Assembly: GCF_000012925.1 (NCBI RefSeq)
Contig: NC_007517.1
Span: 3,600,001-3,632,000 of the forward strand
Direction of reading: 5' to 3'
Source of the DNA: Geobacter metallireducens GS-15
Lineage (GTDB): Bacteria > Desulfobacterota > Desulfuromonadia > Geobacterales > Geobacteraceae
DNA: 32,000 nucleotides
Part shown: in pieces, positions 20,439 to 28,007 of the stretch
Numbering within the stretch: the first letter of the stretch is position 1
How the letters are laid out: every line of letters starts with the position of its first letter
Notes under the pieces: generated by a model
Database searches by the model: none
What the model was told of the DNA's origin: nothing
The model's input: only the letters and a program-made list of their open reading frames with translations
Translations under genes and position numbers: made by a program

Positions 20439-21140
20439 ATGAAACCACCATCAGTACTGCTCGTCGACGATGAACGCTTTTTTCTCTCCGTGCAGCGGGA
20501 CTTTCTCAAGGGCTCCCCGATCGCCGTCCTCTCCGCCTCGGGGGGAGAGGAGGCCCTGAGAATCGCCCGGGAGCAGCGGCCCGACCTGATCTACCTCGAC
20601 TGCCGGATGCCGGAGATGGACGGCGTCGCCTGCTGTACGATCCTCAAGGGAGACCGGGAACTGCGCACCATTCCCGTTCTGATGATGGTGCCGGAGGGTA
20701 AGGAGAAGGACCGGGAGCGGTGCCTTGCAGCGGGGTGCGACGGGATCATCGCGAAGCCCATCGACCGGCGGGAGTTCCTCGAAGCGGGGCGGCGATTCGT
20801 CCCCGAGGTGGAGCGTCGCCACCAGCGGATCCGGTGCGGGTCCCTGGCCGTCTTCCGCAGGGGGAACGAAAGCTTCCACGGCTCCATCGAGGACATCAGC
20901 TTCAGCGGTGTCTATGTGGGTGCGCGGTGCGACGTGAAAATGGAGGACCGGATCCGGCTCGGTTTCTTTCTCCCGGGGAGCGATCTCATCGAGACCGACG
21001 CCCGGGTAGCGTGGGTCAACCAAGGACACCGCCGGATCAAGTCGGGCCTCCCCGAAGGGTTCGGGGTCGAGTTCGTCGGCATCGCAGCCAAGGCCGCCGA
21101 CCAGGTGAAACGGTACATTGCCGCTTACGTTCCTCGTTAG
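20439..21140 (+). CDS. response regulator with C-terminal PilZ (c-di-GMP-binding) domain
   Basis: Receiver: VLLVDDE..LIYLDCRMPEMDG..MMVPE..IAKP. PilZ signatures RRHQR (RxxxR) and DISFSG (DxSxxG). ATG 20439 has GGAGA 6 nt upstream. ATG 20424 is an in-frame alternative. The rest of ORF 20328.. overlaps uvrB. Confidence 0.85.
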   Translation: MKPPSVLLVDDERFFLSVQRDFLKGSPIAVLSASGGEEALRIAREQRPDLIYLDCRMPEMDGVACCTILKGDRELRTIPVLMMVPEGKEKDRERCLAAGCDGIIAKPIDRREFLEAGRRFVPEVERRHQRIRCGSLAVFRRGNESFHGSIEDISFSGVYVGARCDVKMEDRIRLGFFLPGSDLIETDARVAWVNQGHRRIKSGLPEGFGVEFVGIAAKAADQVKRYIAAYVPR

Positions 21141-21150
21141 GGATCAGCCC

Positions 21151-22401
21151 ATGCATATCAACGCTCCGTCGCCCCCCTCGAAAAGCTCTCCCTACGCACG
21201 CTACGTCCTGGCCCTCCTTCTGGGGGTCAACCTTCTCAACTACATCGACCGCCAGGTCCTCTATGCCGTCTTTCCCCTCATCCAGCACGATTTCAGCCTC
21301 TCCGACACCGCCCTGGGGCTTCTGGGAAGCGGCTTCATGGTCACCTACATGGTATCGGCTCCCCTCTTCGGGTGGCTCGGCGACCGCTGGAGCCGGACCA
21401 GGCTCGCCGCGGCGGGCCTCGGGATCTGGAGCGTCGCCACCGCCGCCGCGGGCCTTGCCCCCACCTATCCGGCACTGTTGACTGCCCGCACCACGGTCGG
21501 GGTCGGTGAAGCGAGCTTCGGCACCGTCTCCCCCGGTCTCCTGGCCGAATTTTTCGACCGGGAGCGTCGAGGGCGCATCCTCTCCTACTTCTACCTGGCG
21601 ATTCCCGTCGGGAGCGCCCTCGGCTATCTCCTGGGAGGGGTCATCGGCCAGCAATGGGGATGGCATGCCGCGTTCATGATGGTGGGCCTGCCGGGGCTTC
21701 TCCTCGTCCTCCCGGTCTGGCTCATGCGGGAACCGCCCCGCAGCGCCGATGCAGCACTAGAGCAGAACGATAACCCGGACAACGGCGGCTACCGCGCCCT
21801 GTTCCGGAACCGCTCCTTCATCGCCAACACCCTGGCCATGGCAGCCATGACCTTCGCCCTGGGGGGGCTCGCCCAGTGGATACCCACCTTCCTCTACCGG
21901 GAGCACGGCCTCAGCGTGTCCACCGGTAACACCCTGTTCGGGGGGCTCACCGTGGTGACCGGCATCTGCGGCACCCTCACCGGCGGATGGCTCGGCGACC
22001 GCCTCCAGCGCCGCACCCCCAAGGGATACCTCCTGGTCTCGGGCTGGGGGTTCCTCCTGGGGACGCCGGCGGCGGCCTACGCCATCCTGACCCCTTCCCT
22101 CAACCACTGCCTGGGAGGGATGTTCCTGGCCGAGTTTTTCCTCTTCCTCAACACCGGCCCCCTCAACACCGTCATCGTCAACGTTACCCGCCCGGCCGTC
22201 CGCGCCATGGCCTTCGCCGTGAACATCTTCTTCATCCATGCCCTGGGGGACGCAATCTCCCCCACCATCCTCGGCCGGCTCTCGGACATCTGGGGACTCC
22301 GCACTGCCCTCCTCTCCACCCCTGTCGCCATCCTCGTTGCGGCTCTCTTTGCCTTCGTTTGCTGCCACAGCATCGAAGGGGACATGGCAAAGGCTGAGTA
22401 G
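21151..22401 (+). CDS. MFS transporter
   Basis: ATG 21151 follows the preceding stop. About 12 predicted hydrophobic segments. MFS loop motif GWLGDRWSRTR between TM2 and TM3, repeated as GGWLGDRLQRR in the second half. Confidence 0.85.
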   Translation: MHINAPSPPSKSSPYARYVLALLLGVNLLNYIDRQVLYAVFPLIQHDFSLSDTALGLLGSGFMVTYMVSAPLFGWLGDRWSRTRLAAAGLGIWSVATAAAGLAPTYPALLTARTTVGVGEASFGTVSPGLLAEFFDRERRGRILSYFYLAIPVGSALGYLLGGVIGQQWGWHAAFMMVGLPGLLLVLPVWLMREPPRSADAALEQNDNPDNGGYRALFRNRSFIANTLAMAAMTFALGGLAQWIPTFLYREHGLSVSTGNTLFGGLTVVTGICGTLTGGWLGDRLQRRTPKGYLLVSGWGFLLGTPAAAYAILTPSLNHCLGGMFLAEFFLFLNTGPLNTVIVNVTRPAVRAMAFAVNIFFIHALGDAISPTILGRLSDIWGLRTALLSTPVAILVAALFAFVCCHSIEGDMAKAE

Positions 22402-22482
22402 CCTCTGGCATCGCCAATCCCCTTCCGTTCCCCCCTGAACTATGCTAATGAAAGGGTTATTTTCCAATCCAGGAGTCAGTCA

Positions 22483-23148
22483 ATGAAAAAGGACATCCTC
22501 GAAAAGGGGGCAATCGTCCAGCGGGACCGGGAAACCTACGCCATCGCCCCCCACATCCCCGGCGGCATCACCGATACCGCCACCCTCCGCAAGATCTGCG
22601 ACGTGGCCGACCGCTACGGCGTCAAGGAACTGAAACTCACGTCGGCCCAGCGCATCGCCCTCATGGGGGTGAAGGAAGAGGACCTGGACACCATCTGGAG
22701 CGACCTGGACCAGCAACCAGGGGCGGCCATCGGCCTCTGCGTCAGGAGCGTCAAGATCTGCCCCGGCACCACCTGGTGCAAGCGGGGGGTGCAGGATTCA
22801 GTGGCCCTCGGCCTCAAGATCGACACCATCTACCACGCCATGAAGCTTCCCAACAAGATGAAGATGGGGATTTCGGGGTGCATGGTCAACTGCGCCGAAA
22901 CGCTGCTGAAGGACATCGGGGTGGTGGGGACGCCGAAAGGGTGGCGGATCTACGTGGGGGGAAACGCCGGCGCCCGGCCCCGCATCGGGGAGGTATTCAC
23001 CGATACCGCTCCTGACGATGACGAGGTTCTGGCTGTTGTTGCACGGATCGTCGACTACTACAAAGGCTCCGGAAGCGAGCAGAGGCTGGGGCGGATCGTG
23101 GAGCAGATGGGGATCGAGACGTTCCGGCAGGCAGTTCTCGGCACCTGA
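22483..23148 (+). CDS. small nitrite/sulfite reductase-like siroheme/[4Fe-4S] protein
   Basis: 221 aa. Cys cluster CPGTTWC (Cx5C) plus CMVNC (Cx3C) is the NiR/SiR siroheme-[4Fe-4S] ligand pattern. The size resembles low-molecular-weight assimilatory-type sulfite reductases of sulfate reducers. AGGAG 7 nt upstream of the ATG. Confidence 0.7.
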   Translation: MKKDILEKGAIVQRDRETYAIAPHIPGGITDTATLRKICDVADRYGVKELKLTSAQRIALMGVKEEDLDTIWSDLDQQPGAAIGLCVRSVKICPGTTWCKRGVQDSVALGLKIDTIYHAMKLPNKMKMGISGCMVNCAETLLKDIGVVGTPKGWRIYVGGNAGARPRIGEVFTDTAPDDDEVLAVVARIVDYYKGSGSEQRLGRIVEQMGIETFRQAVLGT

Positions 23149-23159
23149 CGGAACACCCC

Positions 23160-26100
23160 TCAGAACAGCTCCAGTTGCTCCCCCTTCTTCCCCGTGCGCA
23201 CGGTATCCTGAACGGCGCGGCTGACAAGCCGCGCCGGAATCTCCTCCACGAACCGGGAAAGGGGGCGCTCCCCCGGGCCGCACCAGGGATGCTCCCGGGA
23301 GGCGGTCAGGATAAGCGCCTCCTTGGCCCGCGTCATCCCCACGTAGAAGAGCCTCCGTTCCTCCTCCAGATCGGCATCGCGCCAGAGGGTGCAGGGGAGA
23401 AGCCCCTCCTCGCACCCGGCCAGGAAGACCACCGGGAACTCCAGCCCCTTGGCGGCATGGATCGTCATGAGGGGAACCCCCTCGGCGCGCTCGTCGTAGA
23501 GGGTCTCGGAGGCATAGTCCCGCAGATGGCGGGCAAAGGCCGCGAGATTGCGCCCGAAACTCCCCGCAAGGGCCACGAGGCGGCAGACATCGGGATGGCC
23601 GGCATCCACCTCCAGAAAGGGAAAGACAGGACCAATGGCCGGCGCGATTCCTTCCCGGGACATCACGTCCCGGAACCGCCCCAGGGCGGCGGCCAGTTCC
23701 GCCACCTGACGCGCGGCCACGGAAGGGAGGCCCGCCGCGGCCGTCAAGGGAAGGAAATCGCCGGTCAGGGGAAGCGCCTCCTCCAGCCGGGTCAGGCTCT
23801 CCTCGCCGATTCCCCGCAGCCCCCCCAGGAGGGCCAGCCACTCGCCGATGTCGTCGCTTCCGGCGGCTGCCTGAATGAACCGGGTAACGGCCCGCACCGC
23901 CGGTCCCAGAAAGTAGGGGACCGAGCCAATGAGCTGAAAGGGGATGCCCCGCCGCTCCAGCGCCCCGGCCAGCTCCTCGGCCTGCCTGGAAAGCCGGTAG
24001 AGAACCGCCATCTCCCCGAAGCTTCGCCCCCTCCCCTGGTCGCCACCCCGCCCCGAAATCCGGGAGAAGTTGCTGACCCCACCCATGAACTCCTCGATGC
24101 GCCGCACGATGAACTCCGCCTCCGCTGCCGGCGTGGGGGCACGGTGAAGCTCGATCATCCCCTGGTGCGGTGCCCCGGCCACAAGGGCGAGGCCGCTCCG
24201 CAGGGTATTTCGGGCAATGACCGCCGAAGCCCCCTCCACCACCGGCGAAACCGAACGGTAGTTGCGGGAGAGGGAAAGCCGCCGGGTGCCGGGATGGTCG
24301 GCGAAGCGGAAGAAAAAGGTGGGATCGCTCCCCCGGAAGCCGTAGATGGCCTGGTCCGGGTCGCCGATGGCAAAGACCGTCGCTTCCCGGGCCAGGATCT
24401 CCACCAGGGCGTACTGGGGGGCGTTCAGGTCCTGGAACTCGTCCACGAAGAGATGCTCGACACTGCCACAGACCCTTTGCCGAAAACAGTCGTCCTCCGC
24501 GAGGCGCCGCACAACGAGGGGGACCACGGCATCCAGGTCCACGGCCCCGCGTCCCGCAAGCTCCTCCAGGTACCGCCGCAGCGACTCAGACGCCCCGTCG
24601 AGACCCGAGCGGTGAAGATGATCTGCGATGCCGTCGGCCACGGCACCCTGTTCCTTTTTCCCCAGATCGGGAAAGAGGCGCTTCAGGAGCCGCTCCCGGC
24701 TCTCCTCCCCCACCACGGCGAGCCCCGGCTCCTCCTGCCGGAGCCAGTCAAGGCAGAACCGGTGAAACGTCCCCACAAAGACCCGCTCCCCTGCTCCGCC
24801 GGCCGTAGCCACAAGCCGCTCCCGCACCTCCCTGGCGGCCCGGTTGGTGAAGGTGATAGCACAAACGTGCTCCGGCACCGTCTCCGGCCGCGCCAGGAGG
24901 GCAGCGATGCGCGCTACGAGGGTGTAGGTCTTGCCGGTGCCCGGTCCGGCCGCCACCAGCACCTGCCGGTCGGCACAGCCGATCGCCTCGGCCTGCTCGG
25001 GGTTCGGCCCTCCGGGTGGGGAATCGCTTGCCGTAACGTCCTTGCGAACGGACGGGGCGAGGGGCTGCGGCGGTTCTTTCCGACGGCTCCGTCGGGGGGG
25101 ATCGTCGGCGAAGAGGCCGGCCTGGCCCGAGAGGCGCGCCACCTCCCCCTCCTCGAAGACCCGGATCGTCCCAAACTCTCCATCGTACCCCCCGTGCCGG
25201 ATGACCCGTCCTGACCGGATGCGGGTCACCGCCTCGGCCACCAGGGGCGCCACCTCCCAAATCTCCTCCGGAGGCGTGTGGAGCAGGAGTCCAAACTCCG
25301 AGCCGAAGCGGGCCATAAGGCGTCCGTACTGGCGCAACACCTCCTTGGAGCCCGGGCCGACGCCAAGGATCTCCCCCAGCACCTCGGGGAGGGGCACGAG
25401 ACTGAAAAACTCCGGCGCATCAGGAGGAAACAGGGGGTGCTCCCGGTCGGCCAGTTCCATCACCCGGTGGAGGACCCCCACGGTGAGGGGGCGGCCGCAG
25501 GCGGGGCAGCGGCCGTCGAGGCGCCGGGTCTCCTCCGGCTCAAGGCAGACCGAGCAGGCCCGGTGGCCGTCCAGGTGGTACTTCCCCTCCTCGGGGAAAA
25601 ACTCAACGGTCCCCCGGAAGGTATCGCGGTGATTCGACTTCAGGGCGTCGCGGAGCGAGAAAAAATCGAAGCCAGTGGCGAAGAGATTCGCCTCCCGGCC
25701 GAGCCGAGAGGGGGAGTGGCAGTCGGAATTGGAGATGAGGGTGAAACGGTCCAGGGCCGATATCATCCGGTTCATGTCAGGATCGGAGGAGAGGCCGGTC
25801 TCTAGGGCGAAGACGTGGGGAGAGAGGTCGCCGAAGCACTCCTCCACCGTGTCGAAGCCGGACCGGGAACCGAAGAGGGAAAACCACGGGGTCCAGATGT
25901 GGGCCGGGACGAGGAACCCCTCGGGTGCCTCCTCAAGGACGATTTCCAGGAGATCCCGGGAGTCGAGGCCGAGGATCGGGCGGCCGTCCGACTCGATGTT
26001 GCCGATGCCCGCTAGCCGCGCGGCAAGACGCTCCGCCGAGGCGAAATCCGGAACGTAGACGAGGTTGTGGACCTTGCGGACCACACCGTGGCGCTTGTAG

Positions 26101-26387
26101 ATGCAGCTGATCTCTGCAGAAAGGACGAAGCGGACCGGCGTCGATGAGGGGGGGAGCCCCGGCAGGGGGGAGGGGACCGTTCCCTCCCGCAGCCGGAAGA
26201 ACCCTGGCTCCGCCGGCACGAGGGTCTCCCTCAGGAGACGGAACCAGCCGGGATGGGTGAAGTCGCCGGTCCCCAGAACCTGAATCCCTTTCACCCGGGC
26301 CCAGGCGGCAAGGCCGGTCGGATCACACTCCCGGCTCGTGGCCCGCGAAAAGGGAGAATGGACGTGAAGATCGGCAACGTACTCCAT
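23160..26387 (-). CDS. fusion protein: endonuclease-Q-like PHP nuclease (aa 1 to about 412) plus UvrD/PcrA-type SF1 helicase (aa about 461 to 1075)
   Basis: N-terminal part: DLHVHSPFS, GTGDFTHP, ESDGRP, PAHIWTPW, SNSDCHSPSRLGRE, GKYHLDGH, zinc knuckle CSVC-x14-CPAC, GGYDGEFGTIRVF. This is collinear with the EndoQ/TIGR00375 family as I remember it. C-terminal part: Walker A AAGPGTGKT, motif II VDEFQDLN, TIHAAKGLEFPVVFL, YVGMTRAK. Confidence 0.9.
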   Translation of the reverse strand: MEYVADLHVHSPFSRATSRECDPTGLAAWARVKGIQVLGTGDFTHPGWFRLLRETLVPAEPGFFRLREGTVPSPLPGLPPSSTPVRFVLSAEISCIYKRHGVVRKVHNLVYVPDFASAERLAARLAGIGNIESDGRPILGLDSRDLLEIVLEEAPEGFLVPAHIWTPWFSLFGSRSGFDTVEECFGDLSPHVFALETGLSSDPDMNRMISALDRFTLISNSDCHSPSRLGREANLFATGFDFFSLRDALKSNHRDTFRGTVEFFPEEGKYHLDGHRACSVCLEPEETRRLDGRCPACGRPLTVGVLHRVMELADREHPLFPPDAPEFFSLVPLPEVLGEILGVGPGSKEVLRQYGRLMARFGSEFGLLLHTPPEEIWEVAPLVAEAVTRIRSGRVIRHGGYDGEFGTIRVFEEGEVARLSGQAGLFADDPPRRSRRKEPPQPLAPSVRKDVTASDSPPGGPNPEQAEAIGCADRQVLVAAGPGTGKTYTLVARIAALLARPETVPEHVCAITFTNRAAREVRERLVATAGGAGERVFVGTFHRFCLDWLRQEEPGLAVVGEESRERLLKRLFPDLGKKEQGAVADGIADHLHRSGLDGASESLRRYLEELAGRGAVDLDAVVPLVVRRLAEDDCFRQRVCGSVEHLFVDEFQDLNAPQYALVEILAREATVFAIGDPDQAIYGFRGSDPTFFFRFADHPGTRRLSLSRNYRSVSPVVEGASAVIARNTLRSGLALVAGAPHQGMIELHRAPTPAAEAEFIVRRIEEFMGGVSNFSRISGRGGDQGRGRSFGEMAVLYRLSRQAEELAGALERRGIPFQLIGSVPYFLGPAVRAVTRFIQAAAGSDDIGEWLALLGGLRGIGEESLTRLEEALPLTGDFLPLTAAAGLPSVAARQVAELAAALGRFRDVMSREGIAPAIGPVFPFLEVDAGHPDVCRLVALAGSFGRNLAAFARHLRDYASETLYDERAEGVPLMTIHAAKGLEFPVVFLAGCEEGLLPCTLWRDADLEEERRLFYVGMTRAKEALILTASREHPWCGPGERPLSRFVEEIPARLVSRAVQDTVRTGKKGEQLELF

Positions 26388-26497
26388 GGATCTCTTCTCC
26401 TTCTGCGTTTTTCGACTGTCAAAGGTACACCGAGTCGGCGGAGGCCGTCCACTCCTTTTCCGTGAAATCCGGCCCCAACGTCACCCCCCTGGCTGGA

Positions 26498-26514
26498 CGG
26501 CAACCATTTTGCAT
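26498..26514 (+). promoter_or_regulatory. sigma-54 (-24/-12) promoter candidate
   Basis: cGGCAAccattTTGCAt compared with the consensus TGGCAC-N5-TTGCA/T. GG and GC are at the correct 12-nt register. It lies about 70 nt upstream of the 26586 start. Confidence 0.5.
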
Positions 26515-26585
26515 TCCATGATCCATTCGCTCTTGATTCTCTCCAGACCGTCACATAGAATACGGTTATTTTTTCGGCGCACGGG

Positions 26586-27977
26586 GTGCATGTGGTAAAA
26601 ATCCTTCTCATAGCGGACCAGGACCGGCTCGAAAAGCTCTTCGACTTTGTGAGCGATTCCCCTCAGATACACTTCAGGATCTCCCGTTCCCTCCGCCAGG
26701 GAAGTCAGGACATTGCCGACGAGGCCCCGGACATCCTCTTCGTCCAGAACCACCTCTCGGGGCTCTCCGGGGAAATCATCGCCCGGCACCTCATCGGCCA
26801 GGCGGAAGGGGCAAGGCCCCGGGTGGTACTTTTCGGGGAGATGGCACAACAGCCGCCGGACCAGGGCCCCCTGGACGCATGCCTCGACATTGCCCGCACC
26901 GACGAGGAACTGACCGCCGCCATCATCGGCATCATCTCGGAACTCCCCGCACCGCCGCCCCCCGTCGAGATCCCACCTTCCGTGGAGACGGAAGAACAGG
27001 CGCCTGCGCCTTCCCCCGCGGAACAGCCCGTACCTGCTTCGCCAGCCACCGATGCCGCGCCGTCGAGCACGGAACCGCCCATACCGGCCACGGATACCGT
27101 GGTGGACACTTTCGGCCGGCAGGGATCACCTGTTCCGCCTCAATCCATGAGCCCCTTCGACGAGAAGCTCACGACCGTCATCGAACAGACTGCCGAACCG
27201 GTCCCCCTGGCGGAGATGGAGGATACGGTGCACCTCACCGCTGGGGCTGACGGTGCGAGGTCATCTGCCGCAACACGCCCCCGCATTGGCAGGAAAGAGA
27301 CGAAACTCACAAAGCTACTCTGGATCGGGCTTGCCGCTCTGGCTGTCGTTGCGGTCGGAACAATCATGCTGCTGACTCCCGAAACGCCCTCCCCCAAACA
27401 GGCCCCCAGGCCGGCGGCACGTCCCGCAGCGCCAGCGCCGAAGAAAATTGTCCCTACACCACAGCCCCCCGCACCGGCGGCGCCACCGACTGCCGCACAA
27501 GCCTCATCGCCTGGGGCAACCGCACCGGCAGTGACACCAGTCAAAATCCCGGCACAGCCAGAGCCGCAACGCCCCCCTCAAGCTGCCACGCCTCCTCACC
27601 CCCCGGTTGGCACGGGGGGGGGACTCGCCCAGCTTCCCTCCTTCATACCGCGGGAGGGGCGCGACCGGGACTATGGAAAGTCGAACCCCGGCTGGGAGCG
27701 TTACAAGGGCGCCCGCACCGAGTTCAAGGTCTACCGCGACGGCACCGTCATCCGGGCCGTGCAGGCCATCGACCGCAGCGGTGTCGGCATTCCCGAATCT
27801 TTCCTGCGCGGCGCCCTGAACCAGATGAGCACCTCGCGGGAGTTCACCCTGGACTCCACGGAGACCCAGGGGAAATTCCGGGTGGAGAAGGGGACGGTGA
27901 AGGGAGGGGGCCGGCTCGTTGTCTACCGTACGGTTCCCAAAGGCGCCATCAGGGCCTTCGTCGTCCACTTCAACTGA
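26586..27977 (+). CDS. bitopic membrane protein: degenerate receiver-like N-domain, Pro/Ala-rich linkers, one TM helix, unassigned C-terminal domain
   Basis: GTG start (26586 or 26592). N-terminus KILLIADQD..DILFVQNHLSGLSG..VVLFGE has a receiver-like beta-alpha rhythm, but Gln sits at the phospho-acceptor position. TM helix LLWIGLAALAVVAVGTIMLL. Long PAPxP tracts. Last about 120 aa (..YKGARTEFKVYRDGTVIRAVQAIDRSG..RAFVVHFN) is not recognisable to me. Confidence 0.7.
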   Translation: MHVVKILLIADQDRLEKLFDFVSDSPQIHFRISRSLRQGSQDIADEAPDILFVQNHLSGLSGEIIARHLIGQAEGARPRVVLFGEMAQQPPDQGPLDACLDIARTDEELTAAIIGIISELPAPPPPVEIPPSVETEEQAPAPSPAEQPVPASPATDAAPSSTEPPIPATDTVVDTFGRQGSPVPPQSMSPFDEKLTTVIEQTAEPVPLAEMEDTVHLTAGADGARSSAATRPRIGRKETKLTKLLWIGLAALAVVAVGTIMLLTPETPSPKQAPRPAARPAAPAPKKIVPTPQPPAPAAPPTAAQASSPGATAPAVTPVKIPAQPEPQRPPQAATPPHPPVGTGGGLAQLPSFIPREGRDRDYGKSNPGWERYKGARTEFKVYRDGTVIRAVQAIDRSGVGIPESFLRGALNQMSTSREFTLDSTETQGKFRVEKGTVKGGGRLVVYRTVPKGAIRAFVVHFN

Positions 27978-28007
27978 TTACTCCTTACCGAGGATACGGA
28001 CTCTTCC

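Noticed and set aside
23175-25214. 679-aa plus-strand ORF, together with the 22798..23841 and 24748..25260 minus-strand out-of-frame ORFs
   Set aside because: These are shadow or alternate-frame ORFs of the EndoQ-UvrD fusion gene and the reductase-like gene. Their composition is Arg/Gly/Pro-dominated and they carry no domain signatures.
26417-26422. Perfect TTGACA hexamer (minus strand) 30 nt upstream of the EndoQ-UvrD start
   Set aside because: No acceptable -10 hexamer lies at 16-19 nt spacing; that position falls in the GAAGGAGAAG ribosome-binding region. It is therefore not called as a promoter.
26444-26501. 8-bp inverted repeat GCCGTCCA ... TGGACGGC, 42 nt apart, overlapping the -24 element
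   Set aside because: It could be an enhancer-binding-protein half-site pair. However, a single 8-mer inverted repeat in GC-rich DNA is within chance expectation, so it is not reported as a feature.
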